This document shows, one piece after another, positions 49,272-61,607 of a DNA stretch of 64,000 nucleotides. The first letter of the stretch is position 1. Each line of letters begins with the position of its first letter. This DNA is from Somniosus microcephalus (taxonomy: Eukaryota): positions 200,632,001 to 200,696,000 of the forward strand of contig CM126209.1 of NCBI GenBank assembly GCA_052327205.1, in the 5' to 3' direction. The position numbers and the translations under genes are program-made. Below the pieces are notes generated by a model. It made no database searches. It was not told the origin of the DNA and worked only from the letters and a program-made list of their open reading frames with translations.

Positions 49272-52200
49272 GGGTTATGGGGAGCGGGCAGGAATTTGGA
49301 CATGAGTCTAGGTTCAGATCGGTCATGGCCCTGTGGGTAGCGGAGCGGGCCCAGGGGCCGTGTAGCCTGATCCTGCTCCTATTTCATGTGTCTAATTCTG
49401 TTAGATTCAGGAGATGGTTCTGTGATAGTGGATTGGCGGTTAGGATCAGATCAGCCATGATCTTATTGAATGGCGGAGCAGGCTCGAGGGGCTGATTGGC
49501 CTACTCCTGCTCCTATTTCTTATGTTCTTATGTTCTTAAATCAAACATGGCCACAGTAAGTAATAATTCTAATAGGTCTAAGAGCATTAAAAAAACAAGC
49601 CTGAAGGCTTTGTGTCTTAATGCGAGGAGCATTCGTATAAGGTGGATGAATTAGTTGCGCAAATAGAGGTAAACGAATATGATTTGATTGGGATTACGGA
49701 AACATGGCTCCAGGGTGGCCAAGGCTGGGGACACAACATCCAGGGGTATTCAATATTCAGGAAAGATAGGCAAAAAGGAAAGGGAGGTGGGGTAGCATTG
49801 CTGGTTAAAGAAGGGATTAACACAATTGTAAGGACGGATATTAGCTCTGATGATGTGGAATCTGTATGGGTAGAACAGAGAAATACCAAGGGGCAGAGAA
49901 CGTTAGTGGGAGTGGTATATAGACCTCCAAACAGTAATGCGGAGGTTGGGGATGGCATTAAAAGGGAAATTAGAGAAGCATGCAATAAGGGCACAGCAGT
50001 CATCATGGGTGACTTTAATCTACATATAGATTGGGCTAACCAAATTAGTAACAATACTGTGGAGGAGGAATTCCTGGAGTGTCTACGGGATGCTTTCCTG
50101 GACCAATATGTCAAGGAACCAACCAGAGATCAGGCCATCTTAGACTGGGTATTATGTAATGAGAAAGGATTAATTAGCAATCTTGTTGTATGAGGCCCCT
50201 TGGCTCGGAGCGATCATAATATGATAGAATTCTTCATTAAGATGGAGAATGAAGTAGTCGACTCAGAGACTAGGGTCCTGAATTTAAATAAAGGAAACTA
50301 CGATGGCCTGAGGCCCGAATTGGGTAGGATTGATTGGGGAATGTTACTCAAAGGGTTGACAGTGGATAGGCAATGGCAAACATTCAAAGACCGCATGGAT
50401 GAACTACAGAATTTCTTCATCCCAGTTTGACATAAAAATAAAACAAAAAAGGTGACTCAACCGTGGCTAACAAGGGAAATTAGGGATAGCATAAGATCCA
50501 AGGAGAGGACATATAAATTGGCCAGAAAAAGCAGTAAACCTGAGGATTGGGAGCAGTTTAGGATTCAGCAAAGGAGGACAAAGGGATTAATTAAGAAGGG
50601 GAAAGTAGAATATGAGAGTAAGCTTGCAGGGAACATAAAAACTGACTATAAAAGCTTTTGGTTCTGTCTTCACAAAGGAGGACACAAATAACCTCCCAGA
50701 GATGTTGGGGAACATAGGGTCTGATGAAAGGGAGGAACTGAAAGAAATCAGTATTTGTAGGGAAATGGTGTTAGGGAAATTGACAGGATTGAAGGCCGAT
50801 AAATCCCCAGGGCCTGATAATCTACATCCTAGAGTACTTAAGGAAGTGGCCCTAGAAATAGTAGATGCATTGCTGATCATCTTCCAACATTCGATGGAAT
50901 CTGGAACAGTACCCATGGATTGGAGGGTAGCTAATGTTACCCCACTATTCAAAAAAGGTGGTAGAGAGTAAAGGGGGAATTACAGACCGGTAAGCCTGAC
51001 ATCGGTCGTGGGGAAAATGCTAGAGTCCATTATAAAAGATGTAATAGCAGAGCACTTGGAAAACAGTGACAGGATCGGACAAAGTCAACATGGATTTACA
51101 AAAGGTAAATCATGCTTGACTAATCTACTGGAATTTTTTGAGGATGTAACTGGTAAAACAGATAAGGGAGAACCAGTGGATGTGGTGTATTTGGATTTTC
51201 AGAAGGTTTTCGATAAGGTCCTGCATAAGAGATTAGCATGTAAATTTAAGGCACATGGGATTGGGGGCAAGGAATTGACTTGGATAGAGAACTGGTTGCC
51301 AGGCAGAAAGCAAAGAGTTAGAATAAACGGGTCTTTTTCCGAGTGGCAGGCAGTGACTAGTGGGGTACCGCAGGGATCGGTCCTTGGACCCCAGCTATTC
51401 ACAATATATATAAATGATCTAGATGAGGGAACTAGATATAATATCTCCAAGTTTGCAGACGACACAAAGCTGGGCGGGCGTGTGTGCCTTGAGGAGGATG
51501 CCGAGAAACTCCAGGATGATTTGGACAGGTTGGGTGATTGGGCAGAAGCATGGCAGATGCAATATAACATGGATAAATGTGAGGTTATCCACTTTGGTGG
51601 CAAAAACAGGAAGGCAGATTATTATCTGAATGGCAATAGATTGGGAGAAGGGGAAGTGCAACGAGATCTGGGTGTCCTTGTGCACCAGTCGCTGAAGGTA
51701 AGCATGCAGGTGCAGCAGGCCTTTGTAGCGAGAGGGTTTGAGTACAGGAACAAGGATGTCTTGCTGCAGTTGTACAGGGCCTTGGTGAGACCACATCTTG
51801 AGTATTGTGTGCCGTTTTGGTTGCCTTATCTGAGGAAGGCTGTTCTTGCCATGGAAGGAGTTCAGCGAAGATTCACCAGGCTGATACCTGGGATGCCTGG
51901 AATGACTTATGAGGAGAGATTGGGTCGATTGGGCTTATACTCTCTGGAGTTTAGAAGAATGAGAGGGGATCTCATTGAAACTTATAACATTCTGACAGGA
52001 CTGGACAGACTAGATGCAGGAAGGATGTTCCCGATGGTCGGGGAGTCCAGAACCAGGGGTCACAGTCTAAGGATAAGGGGTAAGCCATTTAGGACAGAAA
52101 TGAGGAGGAATTTCTTCACCCAGAGAGTGGTGAACCTGTGGAATTCTCTACCACAGAAGACAGTAGAGGTCAATTCATCAAATATATTCAAGAAGGGGTT

Positions 52201-52749
52201 GGATATATTTCTTAAGGCTAAAGGGATCAAGGGGTAGGGGGAGAAAGCAGGGACAGGGTACTGAATGTGAATGATCAGCCATGATCGCGTTGAATGGCGG
52301 AGCAGGCTCGAGGGGCTGAATGGCCTACTCCTGCTCCTATCTTCTATGTTTCTATGTTTCTAATTGTGCTAGGTGTTCATTTAAATATTTTTGATTCAAA
52401 TCTGGGGCTAATGGGATGTGCATATCGGCACATTAAATGCAACAGACTACGGAACTCAGCCCACTGGGAAATGGGTGCAGGGCCTGCTCTCCTAATTCTC
52501 CAATCCCCCTCTTGTGCTGCAGCTGCTCTCCCAACCTGTAGCAACAACAACTTCATATTGTTCCTTTAAAGTAAAGGACGTTCTAAAATGCTTCAAAGGT
52601 AGGTGTGAGAAAACACTGAGCCAGAAAGGGAGAACTGACCAAAGGGTTGGTCCAAGAAATGGGTTTTGATAAGAATTTTAAAGGGGGCGGAGGAGGAGAA
52701 GTAGAGAGGTTTAAGGAGGGAATTCCAGAAAGTTGCGTGAAAGCCAGAA

Positions 52750-54115
52750 TCGGAGGCTTCCCGAAAAAATCTATCCACTTACCTGAGGGCTTCCGAGGTG
52801 CGTATAGTTCCGATGCTGGGCCTCTCCAACTCCAAGTGCGCAGGGCCCACGTATCCCAGGGGCGCAGGCAGTTCGCAGCGTCCCTGGGATCACGTGGGCC
52901 ATGGGGAGCCAATCAAAGAAGGGAATCTCTCGTCATACACTTGACAGATAGACCTGTCAAATATATGAATGGAGATCACCCCAAAAACACTTTAAAACAT
53001 TAAATAATTTTTTTTTTTAATCACATTTTTTAAATTAGTTGAAATTACAATAAATTAAATATTTTAAACAAAAATTTAATTTTGAAAAAAATAATTAAAG
53101 CTTTTTACGGGGCTAAAAATAAACTTACCTTTTTCTAAAAGTATTTTTAAATGATAAATGAGTGAATTGTTAAAAACTTTTTTCAACTCTTAACCTGGTA
53201 AAAGCAAGCCTCACGCCTGCTTTTACCAGGCGTAAGAATTCTAAGGGGGAAAAATTCGGTATTGCCCCATTTGGGGCGCCGTTATCGGCCGTGCGCAAAG
53301 TTCAGCGCCTGGCGCTAATTATCGCCTCCGACAGCAAACTTGGCTTTTATCGCCCCTGGAGGTGATTGGAGCGCTAAATCAGGTGCTTCACACCTGTCTT
53401 AAGGCGCAAATTCCGAGGAGCGAGGCGCTACCTCAGAGTGCTGGCGAAGCAAGGAAGGGCAAATCAAAACCAACCTGCAAAGTGCTGCTCAGTACTCAAA
53501 ACTCCTTCACACAGCGTTGAATCTCTCCAGAAGTCTCTCTCTCTCTCTCTCTCTCAGAATGCGTGGTGCAAAAATGTCACTGACAAAAAAAGGCAGGAAG
53601 CGGTCGCCTTTAAATAGTGCTCCCCTAGTCCCTTTCTGACAGCATAACACTCCCCTCAACCTGTCGTTGCTAGCGGCAGGCGGTAAGGCAGGGGGCGCCA
53701 CTCAATATCCGGTCTGGGCGCTAACGGGGCGTTGCGCACTCGACTGATGTCACAATCTGCCGGCGCAGGAGATCATGGCGGTAGTGTTTAGCGCCACCGC
53801 AAAATGTCTACTTAATTTCGTGAGCGGCACAAACATCGCAGCACCTGGCCTCTAGTTGCTTTGAACCCCAATTGGCACCCTCTTAAGGCGCTAACGGGAG
53901 GCACAAACAACTGAATTTTTCCCCCTAAGAGTTTTCTGCGGGCGGAGGGTCTCCAGAAAGCCGAACTCTCTGTCCGCGGAGGCCCTTCTCCAGGGCATTC
54001 TTGACAGATTGGAAATGCTGGTTTTCAGTGTGCATGCCTGAAACCGGCATTTCTGATGTCCCTACGAGTGGGTACATGACGCATACATACCCATGGGGAT
54101 CGGAATATCAGGTCC
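52750..54115. mobile_element. Harbinger-type MITE (host of 53245-53925)
   Basis: AT-rich core, CCTGGTAAAAGCA...TGCTTTTTACCAGG hairpin, right end GGAATATCAGGTCC; related to 60055-60540. Confidence 0.6.
53245..53925. mobile_element. PIF/Harbinger MITE
   Basis: TIR GGGGGAAAAATTC(G/A)GT; canonical TAA TSD (53242-53244, 53926-53928). Confidence 0.95.
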
Positions 54116-55149
54116 ATTGTGTTCGGAGGGGATATAGAGCTGGAGGAGATTGCAGAGAAAGAATGGGGCAAGTCCATAGAAGGCTGGGGATCCAGTGTAG
54201 GTCAGCAAGGGCATGGGTGATTGGTGAACGGAATTTGATGCCGGACAGGATGTGGCAACAAGGTTTGGGACCAGTTAAATTTTTTGAAGGGTAGATGATT
54301 AGAGGCCAGCAGGAGATGTTGGCATAATCATGTCTGTAGGTGAGGAAGGCATGCATAAGGGTTTCAATGCCAGAAGGGCTGAGGTGGGGATGGAGGCAAG
54401 CCACCAGCTCCATGACATCATTGGCTGCCGCCGCAAAGGTGCCTCTGGCATGGTAACATCACCCTCTCGCCGCAGCAGAGAAATGGCACCCACTTAGGAG
54501 TGACTGGAAACTGGACCGGCTGGTTGCTGAGAGTCTGGGGGGTGGGTGAAGCGAGAGAGCGAGATACGCAGCCGAGATAGGTGTGGGTCAAGGTGAACAA
54601 AGACTAGGGTGCAGGGGATTGGGACTCGGGGGTGGGGGGGTGTGGGGGAAGATGAGTGGATGACCAGGGACTGGTGAGGGGTCATTGGAGATTGAGACTC
54701 GTGGGGGGTGGGAAGAGAGTGACACTGGACTGGGAGTCGGGGATAAAGGCTCAGGAGGAAGAGGAGGAGCCTGGGTAATGGGGTTGGGTGAGAGGGAGAT
54801 GTGAGTGGGGGTCAGGGACGGGGGCTCAGGGGAAGAAAGGGAGTCTGGGGAATGAGTGTCAGGAGGATTGAGACTCGGGCCTGGGGAAAAAGACTGGGCA
54901 TTGGGAGGTTTGGGGATCAGATGGATGTGGGGCCCAGCATTTCCCGCAGAGCCGGGGGCTGTGGCAGCAACAATGTAGTGAGTGGGAGCAGCGCTAAGAG
55001 AGGAACAACCAGTAAAAAGGTGTGTGAAATCTGGGGACTTCGCTGTGGGTAAGCAGTGATAGTTTGTTTCTACTGGTGGGTGAATGGGGAACATGGGACG
55101 GAGATTGAGAATTTTCACTGGAAGAACCAAGTGGGATGGGAGAAGGACG

Positions 55150-55562
55150 GGCTATTCAGAAGAATGAGAGGGAATCTCATTGAAGCATACAAAATTATTA
55201 CAGGGCTTGATAGGGTGGATGCTGGGAGAATGTTTCCCTTGGCTGGGGAGTCTAGAACCAGGGGCCACAGCCTCAGGATAAAGGGTAGGCCATTCAGGAC
55301 TGAGATGAGAAGAAATTTCTTCACACAGAGGGTGGTGAATCTTTGGAATTCTCTACCTCAGAGGGCTGTGGAGGCTCAGTCATTGGGTATATTCAAAACA
55401 GAAGTCGATAGATTTCTGACTAGTAAAGGCATCAAGGGATATGGCGAGATGGCTGGTGAATGGAGTTGAGGCAGAAGGTCAGCCATGATCTCATTGAATG
55501 GCGGAGCAGGCTCAAAGGGACGAATGGCCTACTCCTGCTCCTATTTCTTATGTTCTTATGTT
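55150..55562 (+). mobile_element. CR1 3' fragment
   Basis: FRRMRGNLIEAYK...FFTQRVVNLWNSLP; TATGTTCT-repeat tail. Confidence 0.93.
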
Positions 55563-57257
55563 TTTTGTTAGAGGATAGGTTGGTTCACTACAAGTAGCTA
55601 TTGAGGCAGAGACTAAAGGATCACATAAAAGGGAATCATAGAATGGTTACAGCACAGAAGGAGGCCATTCGGCCTGTCGAGCCTGTGCCATCTCTCTGCA
55701 AGAACACTTCAGCTAGTTCCACTCCCTGGAATGGGATAAATATTTAAAGAGGAAGAATATAAAAGGATCTGGGAGGAGAAATCAGGTTACTGGAGAGAGC
55801 ACCAGCAACAGCACAGGCACCGAGGGCCGAACAGCCTCTTCCTGGGCTGTAATTTCAATCATTCTTTGAAATCTCTCCTTTATTGAGCCCAAGCCCAGGG
55901 AATGGTTTAGAGATGCTCGTGCTCAGCGATGAGCCCTGTGACAAGTGGTTCAAACACCGAGCCCACTGCCTCTTGTACAATCTCTCGGTTTGGTTCAGGT
56001 CAGTCTGTACTGGTCAGTTTTGACGTGCAAAGTTCAAGTATAGCTCAGTTCTGAACAAGGGCTCCCAGTTCAGAGTCATCACCTTCACACAGAGGCTGAG
56101 TCCAAACCAGAGAAAGGGAGAGAGAAGGGACTTGTTAAAAGTGGCATCGACTGAGGTGCCTGTGCTGTGCAGAGGGATTGTGGCTGTAATTACAGGGTAA
56201 GGTAGGATATTGGGGTGTTACACATATTAGTACCTGTTACATATACACTGCCAGTGAGTTATTGGATTACTGGTGATTATGAGGAGAATCTGACTGTTAC
56301 CAGTATTACTATTAGTATCGGTACAATTTCATTGAGTTACTATTAGTTACTGGTGGAATCAAAGTCCCTTCCACCTCTGGTTTCACCCCTGCAAATTCCT
56401 TCCCTATGTTTGGTTTCCCTCCTTTGCCTGCTCGTGGATGGTCCCCTGGTTCTCACCACTTCTCGCACAACAGCTGCTGATGTTAAACCCTGAACTAAGA
56501 TACAGAATTCCAGGAGAGCCAACCTTTATAAGGTAAATGCAATAAAATTTGCAGATGTCACGTGATCGGACGCCACGTGATCGGACTTCCAGGAATACCT
56601 CAAACCAGAATTGGAAACTGTAGTCACTGCTCAAATGCACAAGCAAATGGATTTTTTTTAAATTCCAGCATTACCATACAATAACATAAAAATATTAATT
56701 CTTACTATAATGAGTACACTTCAAGGCATGTTAGTATAAAAAACGGCGCTCCCAGATCTACAGGGGTTCTCTTAATGAGAGCAAAGCTAGATATGGGTAG
56801 AAAATGTGAAATCTCAGTAATTTATGGTATTTTACACTGCCATGTTTCCTAAAGAATTTTGTTGGCAATTTAGAATACTTATCACATTGCTCTTCAATAT
56901 GGCAACCAAAACCCTAACAGCACACCCTGAAAACAAAAACAAACACTAAACAGAGAAAGCGAGAGAGAGAGAGAGAATGAAACAAAAATCAAGAGATGTC
57001 TAAGCAAAGAGAAGGTATAAACAGGGGCATTTGCAATTGTTACCTTATACATATCCAGCATTCAAGGCATTTTCCCTGCATTTCTTCAACAATTTTTCAG
57101 GCATTTCCTTCTGATGTACATATTAGATGATGAATTCTTTACTTATTGAATTTCAAAAACTGAAAATAAATTTCTAGTACCTATCACTGCATGCTGAATG
57201 CAATATTATGTATTATAATATATCAGCACAAAAGTATATCGTGTAAACTACTGCTAT

Positions 57258-57751
57258 AACAACAACTTGGATTTACACAGGGTTCCTCATGTGCAGGAAG
57301 ACATCTCAGAGTGCTTTACAATATGGAGGAAAGAAATATGATGGACATGGATACCAAACATTGGAAAAGGGGAGGGAATTGGTGAGCCTAGAATGGGGAA
57401 CCGAAAGCATGGTTGAAGAGGAGAGTTTTGAAAAGACTCTTGAAAGCGGGGAGGGAGAGGGCAAGGCAGAGGGAACTGGGTAAAGAGATCTTGAAGGCGG
57501 GAATACAGTGGCTGCATGGAATGAGTAGTAGAGAATGGTGGAGCAGAGGAAGTGAAGGGTGAAAAGACACTGAATATTGGAGGCATGGAGGATGCGCGTG
57601 GGAATATAAGGCAAGAGGAAGTCTTGTAGGGTAGGGCGAGGCCATGGAGGGAATTTGAAAACAAAGACAAGAATTTTGAAATCAAAAATATTGGGCAGAA
57701 GGGGTCAGGGGAACTTGGAGAGGACAGAGAGGACTTAATACAGATGAGCAT
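57258..57751 (-). mobile_element. Old L2 3' fragment
   Basis: SLPAFKSLFKTLLFNHAF; resembles 52542-52730. Confidence 0.65.
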
Positions 57752-57871
57752 ATGGAAAGTGGAGTTGAGGCGAAGATCAGATCAGCCATGATCTTATTGA
57801 ATGGCGGAGCAGGCTTGAGGGGCCGAATGGCCTAATCCTGCTCCTATTTCTTATGTTTTTATGTTCTTATG
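57752..57871 (+). mobile_element. CR1 3' UTR-only insertion
   Basis: GATCAGCCATGATC...GGCGGAGCAGGC...TATGTTCTTATG. Confidence 0.88.
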
Positions 57872-59376
57872 TACAGCATTTTGAAGCTTGTGGAGGGATC
57901 TGGGGAGAAGCCATCTAGGAAAACTTTAGAGAAGTTAAGCCTTGTAGTGATGAAAGCATGGACTAAGATAGACAATGTACATGGGAGAAACACATCGAAG
58001 CTCATCCTTGTTTTCTAACCGCTGTTGAGAGTAGACTGGCCTGGTTCTAATTTATGGAATGATATATGCAAATAATGAGGTTATCTATTTAAAGCTGAGT
58101 ACTGAAACAAACTAGGTTGATTTTTTAATTACATTTTTAAAGAAGATGTAAACATTTTTAGGATGGGGGTTAAGTGCTCAGAAGATACAAATATTGTTAC
58201 TGTGGTTGCACTGAAGAAAAGCCAAATATTTAGCTTCAAATCAGGTGAGTTGAGGGATTAAATGTTGAAACCCCTGGAAATTAAAAAAAAAATCTGAGCA
58301 ACTGCAGAATCAAGAGTTATGTTGACAATGATGCACATGGAGATAGTCTTAAAAAGGTACCAGTCTGTAACTGATGGGGTTCGAAAGGCTACCACCATAA
58401 AAAGCTGAAGGAATACCACTGGATGCAATTTAGACAGGCTACTCCCATAGAAAGCCTGCAATAAATTCCTTCCAACCTTTGGCCAACATTGATATACATT
58501 ACTCCTAACAGTGCCGACTGAGTAGCCACTACAGAACCACACTGCAAACAAAGTGGCATTGTATAACGGATTGGCATTTTAATGATTGAACACACCTGCC
58601 ATCAAACCATGTTTTCTCCTATATGTTAGCTCACTGTATTTTTCTTTATGTTTTCTGGCTATTCTTGTTCTCCAACAAGGTGCACTCTTAATGTCTTCAG
58701 CATAGGTGATGAAAGGTTGGTGACGTTCATATGAGGGCTCTTGAATTGCTTGTGGTCAGTTTGTGTTATATGATCCTAAAACATTGGTGCAAATCCTTGG
58801 AATCCCATCTAGGAAAACAGAATTTATCTTATTCTGTCACCGCAAAGCATTGGCCCTGATCAGAGGCTTATATTCAGGGCTGTTTTTGAGTTGTACATTT
58901 TTTTTTTTTTGAGTTGCCTTTTTTTTTGGAGCTGTTCTGCAGCTATTATTAGTTTTCAAGATTGACATGTATGCAGATACTGCCACACATCTGTACAGTA
59001 GGCCAATGTTCTGAATTCAGTGCCTGAGGGGCATTTGTGTTTGCTCTTTTTGCACACACAGGGAGACTGTAGAAAAAGATGGAGCTGGTGAAGGGAGCCT
59101 GGAGCTGGCGGAATGGCAGTGCTCTGAGCAACAAGAGAGGATACTGATCTTCTGCTCAGCACAAGGGGACTGATCCTCTACACAGAGGACATGATTTGGA
59201 TATAAGCCTAGAGGGAGTGGTGCTAAATTAGCTGATTATACCATAATAGGGGTACAGTTAATTCTTCAGAAGAAAACTGCAAAGGAATATTGATAAGATT
59301 GGGAATGGGTTAAAAGTGGCAGATGGCATTCAATGCTAATAACTTGTGACGTGATCCATTTTAGTAAAAAAAAATA

Positions 59377-59781
59377 CTTCTTAGGCAGTCCCTCGGAACC
59401 AAGGATGACTTGCTTCCACATTAAAAATGAGTTCGCAGGTGACTGATGAGTCCAATGCGGGACCTACAGTCTCTGTCACAGGTGGGGCAGACGGTGGTTG
59501 AGGGGACGGGTGGGTGGGGTGCTTGGGTTGACGTGCGCTCCTTGCGCTTGGCTTCCGCTTGCTCCCGGCGAAGAGGCTCGAGGTGTTCGTCGCCTTCCCG
59601 GATGCTTCTCCTCCACTTTGTGCGGTCTTGGGCCAGGGATTCCCAGGTGTCGGTGGGGATGTTACACTTTTTCAAGGAGGCTTTGAGGGTGTCCTTGAAG
59701 CGTTTCCTCTGCCCACCTGGGGCTCTCTTGCCGTGCCGGAGCTCCGAATAGAGCGCTTGTTTTGGGAGTCTCGTATCGGGC
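59377..59781 (-). mobile_element. 5'-truncated RTE-clade LINE
   Basis: RLPKQALYSEL...KRFKDTLK...CPTCDRDCRSRIGLISH; tail CCTAAGAAG; 10-bp TSD AAAAAAAATA (59367-59376, 59782-59791). Confidence 0.93.
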
Positions 59782-60054
59782 AAAAAAAATAACAGCAGTA
59801 ATAATAATCAGAATGGAAATAGGCTTGGTGCTGCAGAACAGCAGAGGGATTTGGGGTACAGGCTCACAGCATATTAAGGGCAGAACGCAGGTTGATGAGC
59901 CTGTAAAAAAATGCTAATGAAATTCTAGGTATTATCACAAGGGATATAGAATATAAAAACCAAGGAGTAATTATAAACTTATATTATAACCTCAATAAGA
60001 CCTGAGTTAGAGTATTGTGTGCTGTATTGAGCTCCATACTATAGGAAAGATAAT

Positions 60055-60540
60055 GGCCCAGATTTTCCGGGGCCTATGATGGTGGACGCGGTGCATACGT
60101 GGCTGTGCATGCCCGAAAACCCAGAACTTGCGATCTGTCAAGTTTCAGCTTGACAGAGCCACCGCATCCCCGGGAAATGGACATTCGCAGGAGGAGAGTT
60201 GGGCTATTTGCCCAATTACTGCCCAGCGAATGCCCATGAAACTGTATGCCTAGTAAAAGCAGGCATAGGGCCTTCTTTTACCAGTGTAAGAGTTTAAAGA
60301 AATATTAAAATATTAAAAAAAACTATTTAAACATAAAAAAACTTTAAAATGAGTTATAGGTTATTTTTAGCCCCTTTTAAACATTTAAATGTATTTTTCA
60401 AAAAATTACATTTTTGTTTTAAATGTTTAATTTAATTGTATTTGAATTAATTTTGAAAATGTAATGATTTATTTTTATTTAAGTTGTGCGAAATTTGTGA
60501 TTTTAGGTGATTCCTATTCATGCTTTTAGAGACGGTATAA
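60055..60540. mobile_element. Harbinger-type MITE, partial
   Basis: Starts GGCCCAGATTTTCC; shares the GTAAAAGCAGGC hairpin and AT-rich core with 52750-54115. Confidence 0.6.
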
Positions 60541-60683
60541 TTCTGCATATTCACCAGGATACTGCCTGACACGAGAAAATGCAAATACAAAATGGGACTT
60601 TTTGCATTAGAATGATGTAGAGTATGTGGCGATACGATAAAAGTGTTTAAAATTATGAAAAGATGAGTAGAAATAAACAGACT

Positions 60684-61547
60684 GGGGGTGATTTTGCCAA
60701 TGCAGGCACATTGGAGGCGGGACCGCTGCTTGTCAGGTTTTAGTCCCACCTCCATCGACTTGTGGCCAACCCATGCTATTTTCCCTTGATTGACCTTGTT
60801 AAGCCCACCCAGCGGGCTTAGCAGGCCAATTAAGGGAAAGCTGGTTATAGAGAATGTCAGCATATGACGTTTCATCTATCAAAAATTTTTGACAGATGAA
60901 TGGTCATCATTTGACAGCTTTGAGAAGCTGTCAAACACTGACATTCTCTGTTGTTTGATGAGTTCTTGTACTCAAGACTCACCAAACCTATTTTCTGAGC
61001 TGAAAGCAGATGACTGTTGCATCAGAGAATGCAGCAGTCATTCTGTCATCTCTGCCGTGGAGATGTCGGAGCCTCCGGATCCCCAACAATTGAAGCCTGC
61101 AGGAAGAAACAAAGGTAAGGAAACTTTTTTCAACACTTTTCACTCACCTCACATATATACCTCTCCACACTTGCATCCATCACTCAACTCCACAGCGCAC
61201 TTTTGGACCCCTCTCACCCCCACAGACCCACTGCTCGCCTCGCTGACCCTGGCAGGGTTTCCTGACGTCGGGAAGCCCGCACCTCTGTTGAAAAAATGGG
61301 GATAATCCTCTTAACTGCCTGTTAACTACATGTTAACAGGCAGTACAATGGCTGTAATCCCCTTCCCGCCTCCAGGAGACAGGACGCGGCATGGTTCGGG
61401 GACCCGGCGCAGGTTGGGTGCCCGCCTCCTGGGAAGATGGCACTGAGGCGGGTTGGGGGTGGGATCGGTTCCTTGCCCCAGATTCTGCCATTTTCCCAGC
61501 AGTCTGGCCTCCAAACCCGCCTCCCCAGGGCTGGCAAAATCGCCCCC
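60684..61547. mobile_element. Harbinger-type MITE
   Basis: 16-bp TIR GGGGG(T/C)GATTTTGCCA; TSD ACT/GCT; CR1 rejoins across it. Confidence 0.9.
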
Positions 61548-61607
61548 GCTGTTTCCAGTAGTGGAGAGTCTAGAATTAGGCACCACAGATAAAAAATTAA
61601 ACATAAG

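Larger units (their letters stand above)
44137..49537 (+). mobile_element. Full-length CR1 element B nested in element A
   Basis: Tandem 5' monomers, ORF1 45207-46163, disrupted ORF2 ~46202-49271, TATGTTCT-repeat tail; AAATCAA near both junctions (44127-44133, 49538-49544). Confidence 0.95.
42758..52360 (+). mobile_element. Near-full-length CR1 element A (42758-44136 and 49538-52360), split by element B
   Basis: 5' UTR, ORF1, then after B the endonuclease (ITETWL, VYRPP, GDFN, SDH) and RT (FADD) and TTCTATG-repeat tail. Confidence 0.93.
52542..54410 (-). mobile_element. Old L2 LINE 3' fragment split by MITEs
   Basis: SPITHALADLHW (ORF 54108-54413) and FKILIKTHFLDQ (ORF 52593-52778) are L2 C-terminal motifs. 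Confidence 0.7.

Noticed and set aside
44127-49544. AAATCAA as a proven TSD of CR1-B
   Set aside because: Three to four extra bases separate it from the array and the host CR1 may natively contain both motifs; needs an uninterrupted element-A consensus
58956-59162. Cys-rich minus-strand ORF as another spock1 exon
   Set aside because: Cysteine spacing does not match the testican follistatin/Kazal exons; no clear splice sites
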